Part shown: positions 26,471 through 40,100 of the stretch, in pieces | Layout of the letters: every line of letters begins with the position of its first letter | Position numbering within the stretch: the stretch's first letter is position 1 | Source: Haliotis rufescens | Taxonomy: Eukaryota | DNA length: 64,000 nucleotides | Reading direction: 5' to 3' | NCBI RefSeq assembly: GCF_023055435.1 | Contig: NW_025963857.1 | Coordinates: 558,001 to 622,000, forward strand | Program-made: the position numbers and the translations under genes | The notes under the pieces: generated by a model | Databases searched by the model: none | Seen by the model: only the letters and a program-made list of their open reading frames with translations | Told to the model about the DNA's origin: nothing

Positions 26471-28182
26471 TAATTGTATAGGTTCATGTGGTGTTAGAAG
26501 GACGGAAGGTAGACACGTGATCGTCGCCTCCCACAATGATTCTCCTCCATGACCTGGATATGACCTTGTACCGGCCTGGGCCAGTATCTTGGGAGCATTG
26601 CCAAGGTAACACTGGCATGACAACTTTGTTTGATCTATACACCCTAAATATGAGAATTCAGAATTATTGTTATTAGTTGTTTAAGAAAAAAACACATCTA
26701 TTTGTACCCAAAGGAAAGGGCCCAGGGTTGTGTAAAACCTCTCACACTGTCCTTGTAGTGACTTCAGTTATACCTGATCTTTCAAAAGCTATACACATCT
26801 CTTTCACACTCTTCAAAACTGCTGTATAAAACAAATAAAGTCTCTCCAATGTATAAATAGCTTTATTTGTGTATGGCTATCACATGCTGGTGGGGCAGTG
26901 CCATCTCAACAGTACACATCACAGGATCTGGAGCGCAGAAATCAACATATACTTATGGAAAACAATGAGGGAACAATGTTAATTGTCTTGGTAATAGTGG
27001 CACCTCATATCCACTGAATACGACAGTCCAGTCCTCAAGATTTCATGGCATACAAGAATTTTCTGTATCTGTCCCCTTATTAATTTCATTCAGTATATAT
27101 TTGTTCACAAATAAACAATAACATCACATGATCGCTATCTATCACAATCACAACCATCTTCCAATAGTCCAATCAAAATTGTGTAACAAAATCCACATCC
27201 GGTTCATCAACTGCAGTGCAGATTTCGGTCAACTGCCGTGCAGATTTCGGTCAACTGCCGTGCAGATTTCGGTCAACTCCAGAAGTTGAAAAACAAGTGA
27301 ACCATCAACATACTGTCAACAGAAATTTCCCAGATGTTTTGATCAAGATGCTCACGTGGTTTGATGCACTTCGCAAAGTAAGGCCCGTTTTGTTACAATA
27401 CAGATCTTGATAATCGATCAGATCGTCTTCACTAGGCGCCGCCTTTATGTTTGAAGCAAATGTAAGTGATATGAGAGGTGGATTCTGATTGGTCAATAGA
27501 AGGGACATCGAAGGACATAACTCGTAATAGATGCAGGTGGTTCTACAATCAAGCCCAGAAATTCCAGACTTGTTCAGCAAGGGTAGAAAATGGACTTTTA
27601 CAGTCAGTTAACTCCCTTCCCTTGGGAAGATGATCCCCGACACAATCAGTTTTCACAACCTTGTCACATATCTGATCATAATGACAGTCCATTGGTATAA
27701 AATCTCTTTCACTAGTATCTTGTCACAGATCTGATTTTTATGACAGAATATTGGTATAAAATACGAGTATCTTGTCACAGATCTGATTTTTATGACAGAG
27801 TATTGGTATAAATCCAATTGTGTTATGACAACAACATTTTCAAACAAGTATTAACCTGGACACCCTTTTCCCTCCTACAACTGTAGGTCTCGGCACACCG
27901 GGGTATATAGTGCTATATCTGAACTCTCCAAGTTTTGAATGTTTGGACAATGTCCAGGTGAGGTACAGTACCTCTGTATATTCCAGCTGCAGCCGATGCA
28001 GGACTCACAGCTTCATAAACACTCACACACATACTTGTAAAGTGTACGTTATCTCTTGACTACTGGTGGCTATATGCCACTCAACATGTCACAGGAACGC
28101 TGCATGCTGGGACGTTACACGATGTCACAGGAACACTGCATGCTGGGACGTTACACGATAACCGCAATAAACTGTTTGAACC

Positions 28183-28338
28183 ATAAGGAAGAGAATTTAT
28201 GGATGTCAACTTCTTTATTATGAGGATCACAATGTTTCAGAGTATATACTTCATCAGGTGAAGGAGTAAGCATCTTCTCCGAAACATTGTGTTCCCCATA
28301 ATAAAGAAGTTGGCATCCATAAATTCTCTTCCTTATGT
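28183..28338. mobile_element. Inverted pair of Penelope-like element 3' ends with degenerate hammerhead cores
   Basis: Minus arm CTGATGAAG..CTGAAACATTGTG..AATAAAGAAGTTG; plus arm TGAAGGAG..CTCCGAAACATTGTG..AATAAAGAAGTTG. Relatives lie at 1190-1270(-) and 25110-25160(+). Confidence 0.6.
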
Positions 28339-28377
28339 GTATCACTTTTAAATGCCTTTCAGACTTTTTTTTAACCG

Positions 28378-29883
28378 TCTATTTACCTTATATCAACTTG
28401 AGATGAAGCGTCACATCCTTCAGTTCTATTTACGTTATATCAACTTGAGATGAAGCGTCACATCCTTCAGTTCTATTTACGTTCTATCAACTTGAGATGA
28501 AGCGTCACATCCTTCAGTTCTATTTACGTTATATCAACTTGAGATGAAGCGTCACATCCTTCAGTTCTATTTACGTTCTATCAACTTGAGATGACGCGTC
28601 ACATCCTTCAGTTCTATTTACGTTATATCAACTTGAGATGAAGCGTCACAGCCTTCAGGTCTATTTACCTTATATCAACTTGAGATGAAGCGTCACATCC
28701 TTCAGGTCTATTTACGTTCTATCAACTTGAGATGAAGCGTCACATCCTTCAGTTCTATTTACGTTCTATCAACTTGAGATGAAGCGTCACATCCTTCAGT
28801 TCTATTTACGTTCTATCAACTTGAGATGAAGCGTCACATCCTTCAGTTCTATTTACGTTATATCAACTTGAGATGAAGCGTCACATCCTTCAGTTCTATT
28901 TACGTTATATCAACTTGAGATGAAGCGTCACATCCTTCAGTTCTATTTACGTTATATCAACTTGAGATGAAGCGTCACAGCCTTCAGTTCTATTTACGTT
29001 CTATCAACTTGAGATGAAGCGTCACATCCTTCAGTTCTATTTACGTTATATCAACTTGAGATGAAGCGTCACAGCCTTCAGTTCTATTTACGTTATATCA
29101 ACTTGAGATGAAGCGTCACATCCTTCAGTTCTATTTACGTTATATCAACTTGAGATGAAGCGTCACATCCTTCAGTTCTATTTACGTTCTATCAACTTGA
29201 GATGAAGCGTCACATCCTTCAGTTCTATTTACGTTATATCAACTTGAGATGAAGCGTCACAACCTTCAGTTCTATTTACGTTATATCAACTTGAGATGAA
29301 GCGTCACATCCTTCAGTTCTATTTACGTTATATCAACTTGAGATGAAGCGTCACATCCTTCAGTTCTATTTACGTTCTATCAACTTGAGATGAAGCGTCA
29401 CATCCTTCAGTTCTATTTACGTTCTATCAACTTGAGATGAAGCGTCACATCCTTCAGTTCTATTTACGTTCTATCAACTTGAGATGAAGCGTCACATCCT
29501 TCAGTTCTATTTACGTTCTATCAACTTGAGATGAAGCGTCACATCTTTCAGTTCTATTTACGTTCTATCAACTTGAGATGAAGCGTCACATCCTTCAGTT
29601 CTATTTACGTTCTATCAACTTGAGATGAAGCGTCACATCCTTCAGTTCTATTTACGTTCTATCAACTTGAGATGAAGCGTCACATCCTTCAGTTCTATTT
29701 ACGTTCTATCAACTTGAGATGAAGCGTCACATCTTTCAGTTCTATTTACGTTCTATCAACTTGAGATGAAGCGTCACATCCTTCAGTTCTATTTACGTTC
29801 TATCAACTTGAGATGAAGCGTCACATCCTTCAGTTCTATTTACGTTATATCAACTTGAGATGAAGCGTCACATCCTTCAGTTC
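28378..29883. repeat. 47-bp tandem array, about 32 highly homogeneous copies
   Basis: Unit TCTATTTACGTT(A/C)TATCAACTTGAGATGAAGCGTCACATCCTTCAGT. Confidence 0.96.
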
Positions 29884-30360
29884 CATGGCAATATCGAATA
29901 CTATTTGTACAACAACATATCCAAGCAATCAGACCCTACCCAGATACTCCCTACCCATCAAAAGTTGAGTTGATATTTCTAAATACAAATGGTGTATATG
30001 ATAGTTATACTTGGTAATTGGTTGCAAAAATATAAGTACATTATGCAATATTCAACCATATAGGACAAATATTCAGATCTGTGCTCCTTGTGGCGGTAGA
30101 TTCATCACAGTATTTCAAACCATTTTTCCACATAATTGCTACACGATTAAGTAAAATATTTTACAAATTTTGTTACAAAAATATCTCCAGTAGTTTAGAT
30201 TAGCTACATACTTTCTGCAAGTATCATCACAGTAACAACCTATAAGTCATCAATTGATAATCACTTCGGGGAAAAAGGACAGTTTTTTAGGAATTAGGGT
30301 GATAAAATACAATACAAAAGCGAGCATATTGCTTATCAAAACTATATTGGCTATCATGCT

Positions 30361-30516
30361 CAGCATTAGTAATTGGCACAAGTCCTGTAGTCCTGGCCAA
30401 AATGCCCAGCAGTTAAGGTATCATAAGGACTAGTACAAATTTGCCCTTTTTAAGGGGTTTGCTATATGTTATCATTATAAGGACTAGTGGACTAAAACTG
30501 TTAGTTTCTACCGCTG
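30361..30516. mobile_element. Small MITE with 5-bp TSD (second copy 41188-41349)
   Basis: CAGCATTAG...CTACCGCTG termini with TSD ATGCT; the second copy has TSD CTCTC. Confidence 0.72.
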
Positions 30517-31102
30517 ATGCTGCTGGTGATCATTATATTTTTTTTTGGCAATTAATTCTTAAATTACTATTTTGCAGTTTACAAATTTATGGAATACAAT
30601 TTCTGTTAATTGAATATAGCAATTTTTTACACCGTTATCAAGCTGGAGTGATGATGTAAGATTCTACAACGTAACGTCGCTATATGCAATAAACTAGAAG
30701 TTGTTATCCATGAAGTTGTACATTTTCTTACTAAATCACCAACTTTTAGAATGCCAATGAAACAGTTACTATTTTTCAAAGCCAATTATTCCACTTATTT
30801 TTAATTGCACTCTGTATGGGGTTGTCACATCTGTGAGAACACACTGCAATAATGCCTTGTTGGGAACAATGTCACTAGTTTTTTCTCTCTTTGTTATTTA
30901 ACACCACAATCAGCAATATTCCAACTGTATGACAGTGGTCTGTAAATATTAGTCTGGACCAGACAATCGAGTGTTTGACAACACAAGCATCGATCTATGA
31001 AACTGGGACACGAAGAATTTTATACGCCAAAGAGATAGACTTGTCTATAATGACGATCCCTGGAGATACCCATGGCGCCAGTGATCTGCCGTGTTGCTGC
31101 TA

Positions 31103-34100
31103 TCATAGACAGGGGAACTCTAGCACTCGGGAGTACATACTAAAGGACTTTAACTCCAACCACAAAAATCCAAAATTATGGTCATCAAATATTATGAAGT
31201 GCCCTGACGACATGGAGGGGTTCGTGAAGCCGTGCCCAGCAATCTGACCTTTCCCATGAAATCTGAAAACAAAATTTTCATATTCAGGATGCATAGATAT
31301 TAATTCCATATCATGATTGAAAACAAGATTGTCCCAACTTGGGATAACTAGTAGTATGTTTGCATTATTTGCAAAATATGTAAAAAATGCAAAAATACAA
31401 CCAGGTCCATGTACACCGTTTTCTTGAAATTTTCATTAAAGGTGTATTCTTAAATGTCTAATGCAAGGTGAGCTCCAAAGATCCACAGCCAGTCATGTAG
31501 CACCTGTCCTTACCTTGCTCTACACACAGCCAGTCATGTAGCACCTGTCCTTACCTTGCTCTACACACAGTTGGGGGGTGTCTGAATCTCTCGTAGCAGT
31601 CGTCGGGGACGTGGAAGGGTTGTGGGGGCAGTTGCTGCAGGTTGACATCAGGAGGCAGTTCGGGGATGTCAATCTCCTCCATCAGCTCTACAGTTCTCTG
31701 CTGATCCATGGTGAGGATCATTGGGTGATCCAGATCTATTTGCAAACTCATCTTGTTGGCCGGCACATTTGGGTCGCCCTGATGAGAAAAGCAAAGAATC
31801 GTTGAAGATGACAAACATTTAGAGAACAACCAATGACCTGCTAGGAATTATCGGTCTCATCAGGGAAATAATTTTGTATGTTCCGAGCCTTGATGAGGAA
31901 GAGACATAGACTTCAATGTTTTGCAACTACTGTAAATTTGAGCCATGAATTTACTGCAAGTCGCTAACAATGACCTTAACTGGATCTGGAAAGTTTTGCG
32001 ACACCCTGTTTAGATTACCAAAGATCAAAGCTACTTTTGCAGGTGTCATATTAGGAAGTAGGAAGCAGCATGATAGAATGGTAACTCATTGTCAGTCAGT
32101 GATTATCAAACTATTGATGCATGTGTTGTAGTTGACAAGGGAGGTTGGAGTAGCGTGTTTATCCAACAGAATAGACTGGCTAGTGAATAGTGATATATTT
32201 TTATGGTTACATGCTAGTTTTTCTGTCCTTTGTTGACCTTTTTTTGTCGAAATGTACTTATTATTTACATCCTTTGATAGTCACTATGAAATACTGCTGA
32301 TGTGACTTTAAATTATAACCCACTCACTCTTGGGTAATTTGCTGAGGCTCTCGTAAAATATATGATGGCGTCTCTGCACCCGATGTGACTTAGAGTTACC
32401 TCCCTTGGTTGTAAACAACCATAGCAGAATTGATCATTTGAGAAGTTTCATAAGGTGACAGTTTTTTGTGATGGCTGTCTAAAATGTTTGCCAATGTTGT
32501 TTATAATATTCAAGGATCCCCAAAAAGGTATTTCTAAACATTATTTAAGTAGCACATTTATTTGTGAAAGAGAGAAATTTCCTTTGGAGTCAAAATCATG
32601 TAGATTTGATAATACCAGGGGATAAAATCAGAGTTCAGGATTTTAATGTCAAGGCAGAATAATTGATGACTGATCCCGACGCTCACCGTTATCTTCCTTC
32701 CTTCCGCCTTCTTCTCTGTATCACTGTAGGACAGCTGTATAATCTCGTTGCCATGACCACCGTAGTTGCCCTTGAACAGTCCCGGCTGTATCGGAGCCCC
32801 TGGCTTCACTGGCTGCTCCGTGATCCGCATCATGGGGTAGGAGCATCTGTGGAAGGGAAGCAATAAACGTTTAACCAGGTCTTGGTGAGAGTGATTACTG
32901 CTTAATGCCGCATCATGGGGTAGGAGCATCTGTGGAAGGGAAGCAATAAACGTTTATCCAGGTCTTGAGTGAGTGATTACTGCTTAATGCTGCATCATGG
33001 GGTAGGAGCATCTGTGGAAGGGAAGCAATAAACGTTTAACCAGGTCTTGAGTGAGTGATTACTGCTTAATGCTGCATCATGGGGTAGGAGCATCTGTGGA
33101 AGGGAAGCAATAAACGTTTAACCAGGTCTTGGTGAGAGTGATTACTGCTTAATGCCGCATCATGGGGTAGGAGCATCTGTGGAAGGGAAGCAATAAACGT
33201 TTATCCAGGTCTTGAGTGAGTAAGTGATTACTGCTTAATGCCGCATCATGGGGTAGGAGCATCTGTGGAAGGGAAGCAATAAACGTTTATCCAGGTCTTG
33301 GTGAGTGAGTGATTACTGCTTAATGCTGCATCATGGGGTAGGAGCATCTGTGGAAGGGAAGCAATAAACGTTTATCCAGGTCATGAGTGAGTGATTACTG
33401 CTTAATGCTGCATCATGGGGTAGGAGCATCTGTGGAAGGGAAGCAATAAATGTTTCACCAGGTCATGAGTGAGTGAGTGAGTGATTACTGCTTAATGCTG
33501 CATCATGGGGTAGGAGCATCTGTGGAAGGGAAGCAATAAACGTTTATCCAGGTCATGAGTGAGTGAGTGATTACTGCTTAATGCCGCATCATGGGGTAGG
33601 AGCATCTGTGGAAGGGAAGCAATAAATGTTTCACCAGGTCATGAGTGAGTGAGTGAGTGATTACTGCTTAATGCTGCATCATGGGGTAGGAGCATCTGTG
33701 GAAGGGAAGCAATAAACGTTTATCCAGGTCTTGGTGAGAGTGAGTGAGTGATTACTGCTTAATGCCGCATCATGGGGTAGGAGCATCTGTGGAAGGGAAG
33801 CAATAAACGTTTATCCAGGTCTTGGTGAGAGTGAGTGAGTGATTACTGCTTAATGCCGCATCAGCAGTCTTGTAGCCAACATGTGAATATGAGCGCTGAC
33901 GGCCGCTTGGAACAATGGCTAAGTTCGTGATAATGCGCTCGCTTTAATCACATAGTCACAAGTTCCAATCCCAATCCCAAGGGGTTTTCCAGGGAGAATA
34001 AAATGTTAAACTTCTTAACTTAAATTGCACTTTCTTATTATTTTTAACAAAAGCATAAAATTCTTATGATTTCTACAAAATATATCACCAATAGTAACAG

Positions 34101-37100
34101 ATGCCGAAGTTCAGCACCCTCAGTTAGGCAGTTTCAGAGGTGCTTACACACCCAAATTGCAGTTGGAGTGAAATATTTCAGCAAATCAAGGCCACAGTTT
34201 AAAAAAATGAAAACAGTGTCTTGAGATAAGACTCCCTCTGATCATAACGCAGCGCAATACTGACACTCGGTGTTGACTCACCCCAGCTGTGTGGTGACGA
34301 GGAACTTCATGAGCAGCAACTCCTGGCCATGGACGAAGAACTCACTTGGAGGACGGCCTGTCTCCTCCGTCAACCACTCCTCGAACTCCTGCACACACAT
34401 GAAGCAGCGGCCATTTAACATTCAGTGTGGGAGAAGCCAAAGGGAACCATCTTCCCGAGGCAAGGGAGTTAACTGTCCATAAAAGTCCAGATTCCACCCT
34501 TGCCGAACGAGGCTGAAATTATGGCGCTATATTTTGGCTAGACTAATGAGTCTATGCGTAGTCCAATAAAAATGAAATCAACATCTAGTTCATAAACAAC
34601 ATGGCGACTGCCGTGCAGATTTCGGTCGATTGCAGGATTTGCAGAGCAAGTGAACCGTCAACTGGGCATCAACAGATATTTTCCAAATCTTTTTATGTTT
34701 GTTATTGAGGTACTCAATTGATTTGATGAACTTTGCGAAACAAGACCTGTTTTACTACAATCAAAGATCTTGATTATCGATCAGACCGTCTTGACAGGGC
34801 GCCACCATTTTGTTTGAAGTAGTTGCAAGTGCTATGAGAGGGGGAATCTGAGTGGTCAATATGGGGGACACAGAAGGGACATAACTCATAATAGCCAGTG
34901 GTGGCGCTACCATCGAGCCCAGAAATTCCAGCCTAGTTCAGCAAGGGTGGAAATTGGACTTTTAAAGTCAGATAACTCCCTTGCCTCCAAAAGATGAGGG
35001 GAGCCAGACAATTATATTTTGACCCACAACACAACAAATATATATAGTATAGCATAAATAGTATGGGCATGCTAGATGTTCTGAAATTATAGACTTTTTA
35101 TGTTCTTGAGTAAAATTCTGAAGGACAAAATAATTATATCTAGCATTTTTGACAGATTTTAAAATTATTTTTTTAAATCCCTGGTTGTATGCAATACAAA
35201 ATGGTTGCCCCTATGTGCAAAATACTTTCTGGCATTGCCTTGTGCACTGATCTGGACTGCTTCTGGCTGTGATCAGGAGTGACACATCCTTTTTGTCCAT
35301 CCAGAATCCTGGGCACCCAGAATCATCCTAGTGCTACACGAATATTCTAGCTCTAAATGAGACCCGTAAAGATTCCAGGTTAGATAATAATAAATAACCA
35401 GTTCCAAATATAGAATTCTATTTTCTTGTGTCTTTTATTTGTGTATTTTGACAGGAATACAGAGTGAATACACTATGCCTTTTAGACAGTGGTCACATGT
35501 AACAAATGTTACATTTGGGATAACACTTTCTTAGAAAAGTGGGGCGGTCAGGTAGCCTAGTGGTTAAAGCGTTCCTAGACCCAGGTTTCGATTCCCGACA
35601 TGGGTACAATGTGTGAAGCCCATTTCTGGTGTCCCACGCTGTGATATTGCTGGAATATTGCTAAAAGCGGCGTAAAACCATACTCACTCACACATTCTTA
35701 GAAAAGTACAGATTCAAGTACTTTTTTAGATTGAGTCCCATCCAGGATTCGAACCCCACATTCAGAATGTGACACCTAATTACCATCTTGGTGGCTAAGT
35801 GGGTTGGATGACAACCCAGGACACCATCCATCACATAAGCTCATTAGACTTTCAGTCAGATGAACTAAATATCAGAGTTTGTTAAAGAATGGAACTCAGT
35901 ACCTTCTGTTTCCCCTCAGGGTGTTGGTGGTTGTTGTTTTCAGAACATTGAAACACCAGCAGGCTCCCATCTTCTCGCTACAACAGAGTAACACACATGT
36001 ACTGTATCTACGACAATTTGGTTGGGGGGGGGGGGGAGAGTAAGGTACTAGCTGGCTATCATGTTAAAAAGTGGGGACGATGGGCAGCCATTTTGCATTT
36101 TTTGGTTTACAGATTGATTGCTAGTTTTACAACTTGGCAAGGTCGATAATAATACAATGATGAATCACAGTGGACCACAGAGAATCACAGTGAACCACAG
36201 AGAACTGCACTGAATCACAATGAACAACAATGTACCACAATGAATCACAGTGAACCACAAGGACCCACAATGAACCACAGTAAATCACAGAGTATCACAA
36301 TGAACCAGAGTGAATCATTACTTCCCTTGACTAGGTAGTCTCACTAGTCTTTACACAGATTTCGGTAACAACCTATCAACAGTCTTTCCTGACAAGAAAC
36401 TACAGTGAAATCCTGTTAGTCTGAACACCCTGATTTATGGACAACGACTGCTTAGTACAAGTTCACTTCCACCAAGGGACATTACTCTGACAATTCCCCA
36501 CAGTGCCTTGAGTAACAGGGCTTCCGAGTAGATGTTTTCCCTCTTACCCAAAGCAGTTGGCCCTTGTGGGGGCCATTAAACCCCTTCAGACAGAACACCT
36601 CCAGTGTGGACCGGTCCAGGGCCATGCTCATGGAGAACAGGGGCCGTATCCTCAGTGGTTGGTCGACATGAGGGTCCACAGGGGGGAGACATTCTCTGCC
36701 TTTGATACATCCCCTGTCAAACTGGGAGGAGAAAGTCAACTGTAGGGTAACTTCCTGGGGAACGTCACTATCTTAAAAAGTTCACTGCAGGATATGGCAT
36801 GGCTTACTGGAACATTTTTTATGTGTATGTTATGGATTCCAACATGAATATACCGTATTCAACGTAATAAGCGCCCAGGGCGCTCTCAAAATTAGAAATA
36901 GGGGGCGCTTATTAGAATATTATTTTGAGTTGAAAGATCGTAAATTTCGTGATTTATGCTAACAGCCTGAAATGTTTACATGCGACGGATATATTTTTCA
37001 AGAATTTAATTGCCCATAATTAAGGGTGATATAACACACGAGTGCGTATTATACACGAATAAAAAAGTCTTGTGTACATTGATCAATCGGAAGGGGTGCT

Positions 37101-40100
37101 GATTGGGATTGTTCACTAGCCAATATATTAGCAAATATCGCCGTGGGCGCTTATTAGAGCGGGGCGCTTATTACGTCGAATACGGTAATATATCTCTAAT
37201 TGTCCTCCTAACATTAGACTAACATTTAGTTCCAGAAATAAACTTATCTTAATATTCAAAAATATATATCTATAAAATAGATAATATAATCCAAATGGAG
37301 CCCAGAACAATGCTTAATTTCAGGCCTAGAGCTGAGGCAATCTAGACTTGACAAATCTTTCTAGACACGAGTTGGATTAATTTTATAATTTATTCTCTAG
37401 GATCTGGGAGGCAGACTATCAAAACATAATCGTCTCACAGTCGGACATAATACATTGATTATTAGATCTTTATCCCCAACCATCTCACTACCAAACTGCC
37501 ACCTCACATCATTTTGAGGTCGTCGATACAGACATGGAAGTATAATTTAAATTAAATTTCTTGATTTTCAGATTTTCTGGGAAAAATAAACAAATATATT
37601 TGTTGTCATGACTGAATGAGGCTAAATATACAAATACAATGTTATTAAACAACATCCAAACTCACCAACATGTTATAAGTCACGCAACCCTTTATTAATG
37701 TCAACTTTAGAATAAAATCAGTCAACCTAACTAAACCTTAATCAACCCTACCTTAATGTTAAAGTGTCAACTCTACCTACCTTTAATCAACCCTACCTTA
37801 ATGTCAAAGTGTCAACTCTACCTACCTTTAATCAACCCTACCTTAATGTCAAAGTGTCAACTCTACCTACCTTTAATCAACCCTACCTTAATGTCAAAGT
37901 GTCAACTCTACCTACCTTTAATCAACCCTACCTTACTGTCAAAGTGTCAACTCTACCTACCTTTAATCAACCCTACCTTAATGTCAAAGTGTCAACTCAA
38001 CCTACCTTTAATCAACCCTACCTTAATGTCAAAGTGTCAACTCTACTTACCTTTACTCAAAGCTACCTTAATGTCAAAGTGTCAACTCTACTTACCTTTA
38101 CTCAACCCTACCTTAATGTCAAAATGTCAACTCTTACCTACCTTTACTCAACCCTACCTTAATGTCAAAGTGTCAACTCTACCTACCTTTACTCAACCTT
38201 ACCTTAATGTCAAAATGTCAACTCTTACCTACCTTTACTCAACCCTACCTTAATGTCAAAGTGTCAACTCTACCTACCTTTAATCAACCCTACCTTAATG
38301 TCAAAGTGTCAACTCTACCTACCTTTAATCAACCCTACCTTAATGTCAAAGTGTCAACTCTACCTACCGTTACTCAACCCTACCTTAATGTCAAAGTGTC
38401 AACTCTACCTACCTTTATTCAACCCTACCTTAATGTCAAAGTGTCAACTCTACCTACCTATATTCAACCCTACCTTAATGTCAAAGTGTCAACTCTACCT
38501 ACCTTTAATCAACCCTACCTTAATGTCAAAGTGTCAACTCTACCTACCTTTAATCAACCCTACCTTAATATCAATCAGTCCTCCATAATGACCTACTTCT
38601 GGCTGCCACTTTCCAATGCAGTTACCAAACTTATGCAGCACTGAAAGATAAAGACAGTAACCAGGGTTAAAATACATGCCAAAACATTTTAGTTGACAAG
38701 GATTTGCTTTATTTCAGGGGCAGATTCAACAACAAATTTGTATGGTGGCAGCAGGGCTTGCTCCTTTCAAAGGTCACTGGCCCTTCTCCGAACTAACTGG
38801 CCCAGAACTAAAGGTTGGAGGTCACAGGGGGGGCTCAGAAAATTTTAGAACTCCTCACCCCGAAAACATCATGTCCTGCCCTCTGAGATTAAATCTTGGC
38901 TTCCATTTGCCTCATTTCGATGTTATGAGCAAATAAAGTTGTGTTGTTGTACCAGTGTTCGAAATACCTGCCTGCCTGACCGTCCGAGGCGGGTTGATTT
39001 CAACTCGGGCTGCCAGATTTTCAAATCCCCCTGCCCGACGGTCGGGTTATATTTCATATGTGAAAATATTCAAAATATTTCCCGATGATAAGCATTAATT
39101 CACATGTAAAGATGAATGATAAAATGTATCCAAAAAGAAACCCTGTTAGCTTATCCTGAGAAACATATGATTATAGTGGGCAGGCAGGTTTTGGTCAGGG
39201 CTGGCAATTATTTCAGCTAGCCAGTCCTGTGGTCTGGCTGAAATGTTTGGGAGTTTCATACCCTGGTTGTACACAACATTACAGAATGGCCGCCAGTTGT
39301 GTCATTCTACCGAGATGATCTTTGAGTGAACCATTCACACAACCTCAACCTCAACCTCATCTCCACTAAAAACACTCCTGGGCTAAGGCAAATTGTTTGT
39401 CCAGGCAAGTTTCATTAACGTGACTAAAGACATTCAAATACAACTTACTTTGACATCTCAAAGTTTATGGAGTCAGTCTAACAGTTAATGATTACAGAAC
39501 TTACACAGTAACAACATCCTTGTTGAACACATGACACTTATTACAGCATCAAGGCCTTGAAATATCTACCTCATATATTGTCCCACTTTAATTTTCAAAA
39601 AATGTTCATTACTCATATCGGGTGGTTTGGTAGCCTAGTGGTTAAAGCGTTTGCTTGTCAAGCCGAAGACCCGGGTTCAATTGCCAACATGGGTACAATG
39701 TGTGAAGCCCATTTGTGGTGTCCCCCACTGTGACATTGCTGGAATATTGCTAAAGGCGGCGCAAGACCCTACTCACTCACTCATAACTCTTATCCAACTT
39801 ACCCTTTGTATAAAACTGTTTGTATGTGAGGTCCCATCCTTCCACTTCATCAAAACTGTAATCTGAAGAAGAAGCCAAGGGTTTGTCTTTGTATTTGTCA
39901 TGCGTACACTTCTGTTTAACACAGACAGTTTCACTAAGAACAGGAATTTTATCATCCGACATTTCAAACAATTACTCACTTGTATGTAGTGTAACACCCA
40001 CTTCTGTACTGGTATATGTATGGAAGTTATCAGAAAATTCCAATATACAGTTCAGTATAGACACTATATAATGAGTTATGTAACTTTAATCTGCCAGGAT

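Noticed and set aside
28378-29883. CRISPR-like appearance of the regular arrays (also 32826-33862 and 16741-17454)
   Set aside because: There are no unique spacers and no cas genes, and the context is eukaryotic.
37756-38644. Plus-strand repetitive ORFs ([10 protein letters not shown]...)
   Set aside because: These are translations of the 45-bp intronic array antisense to FBXO31.
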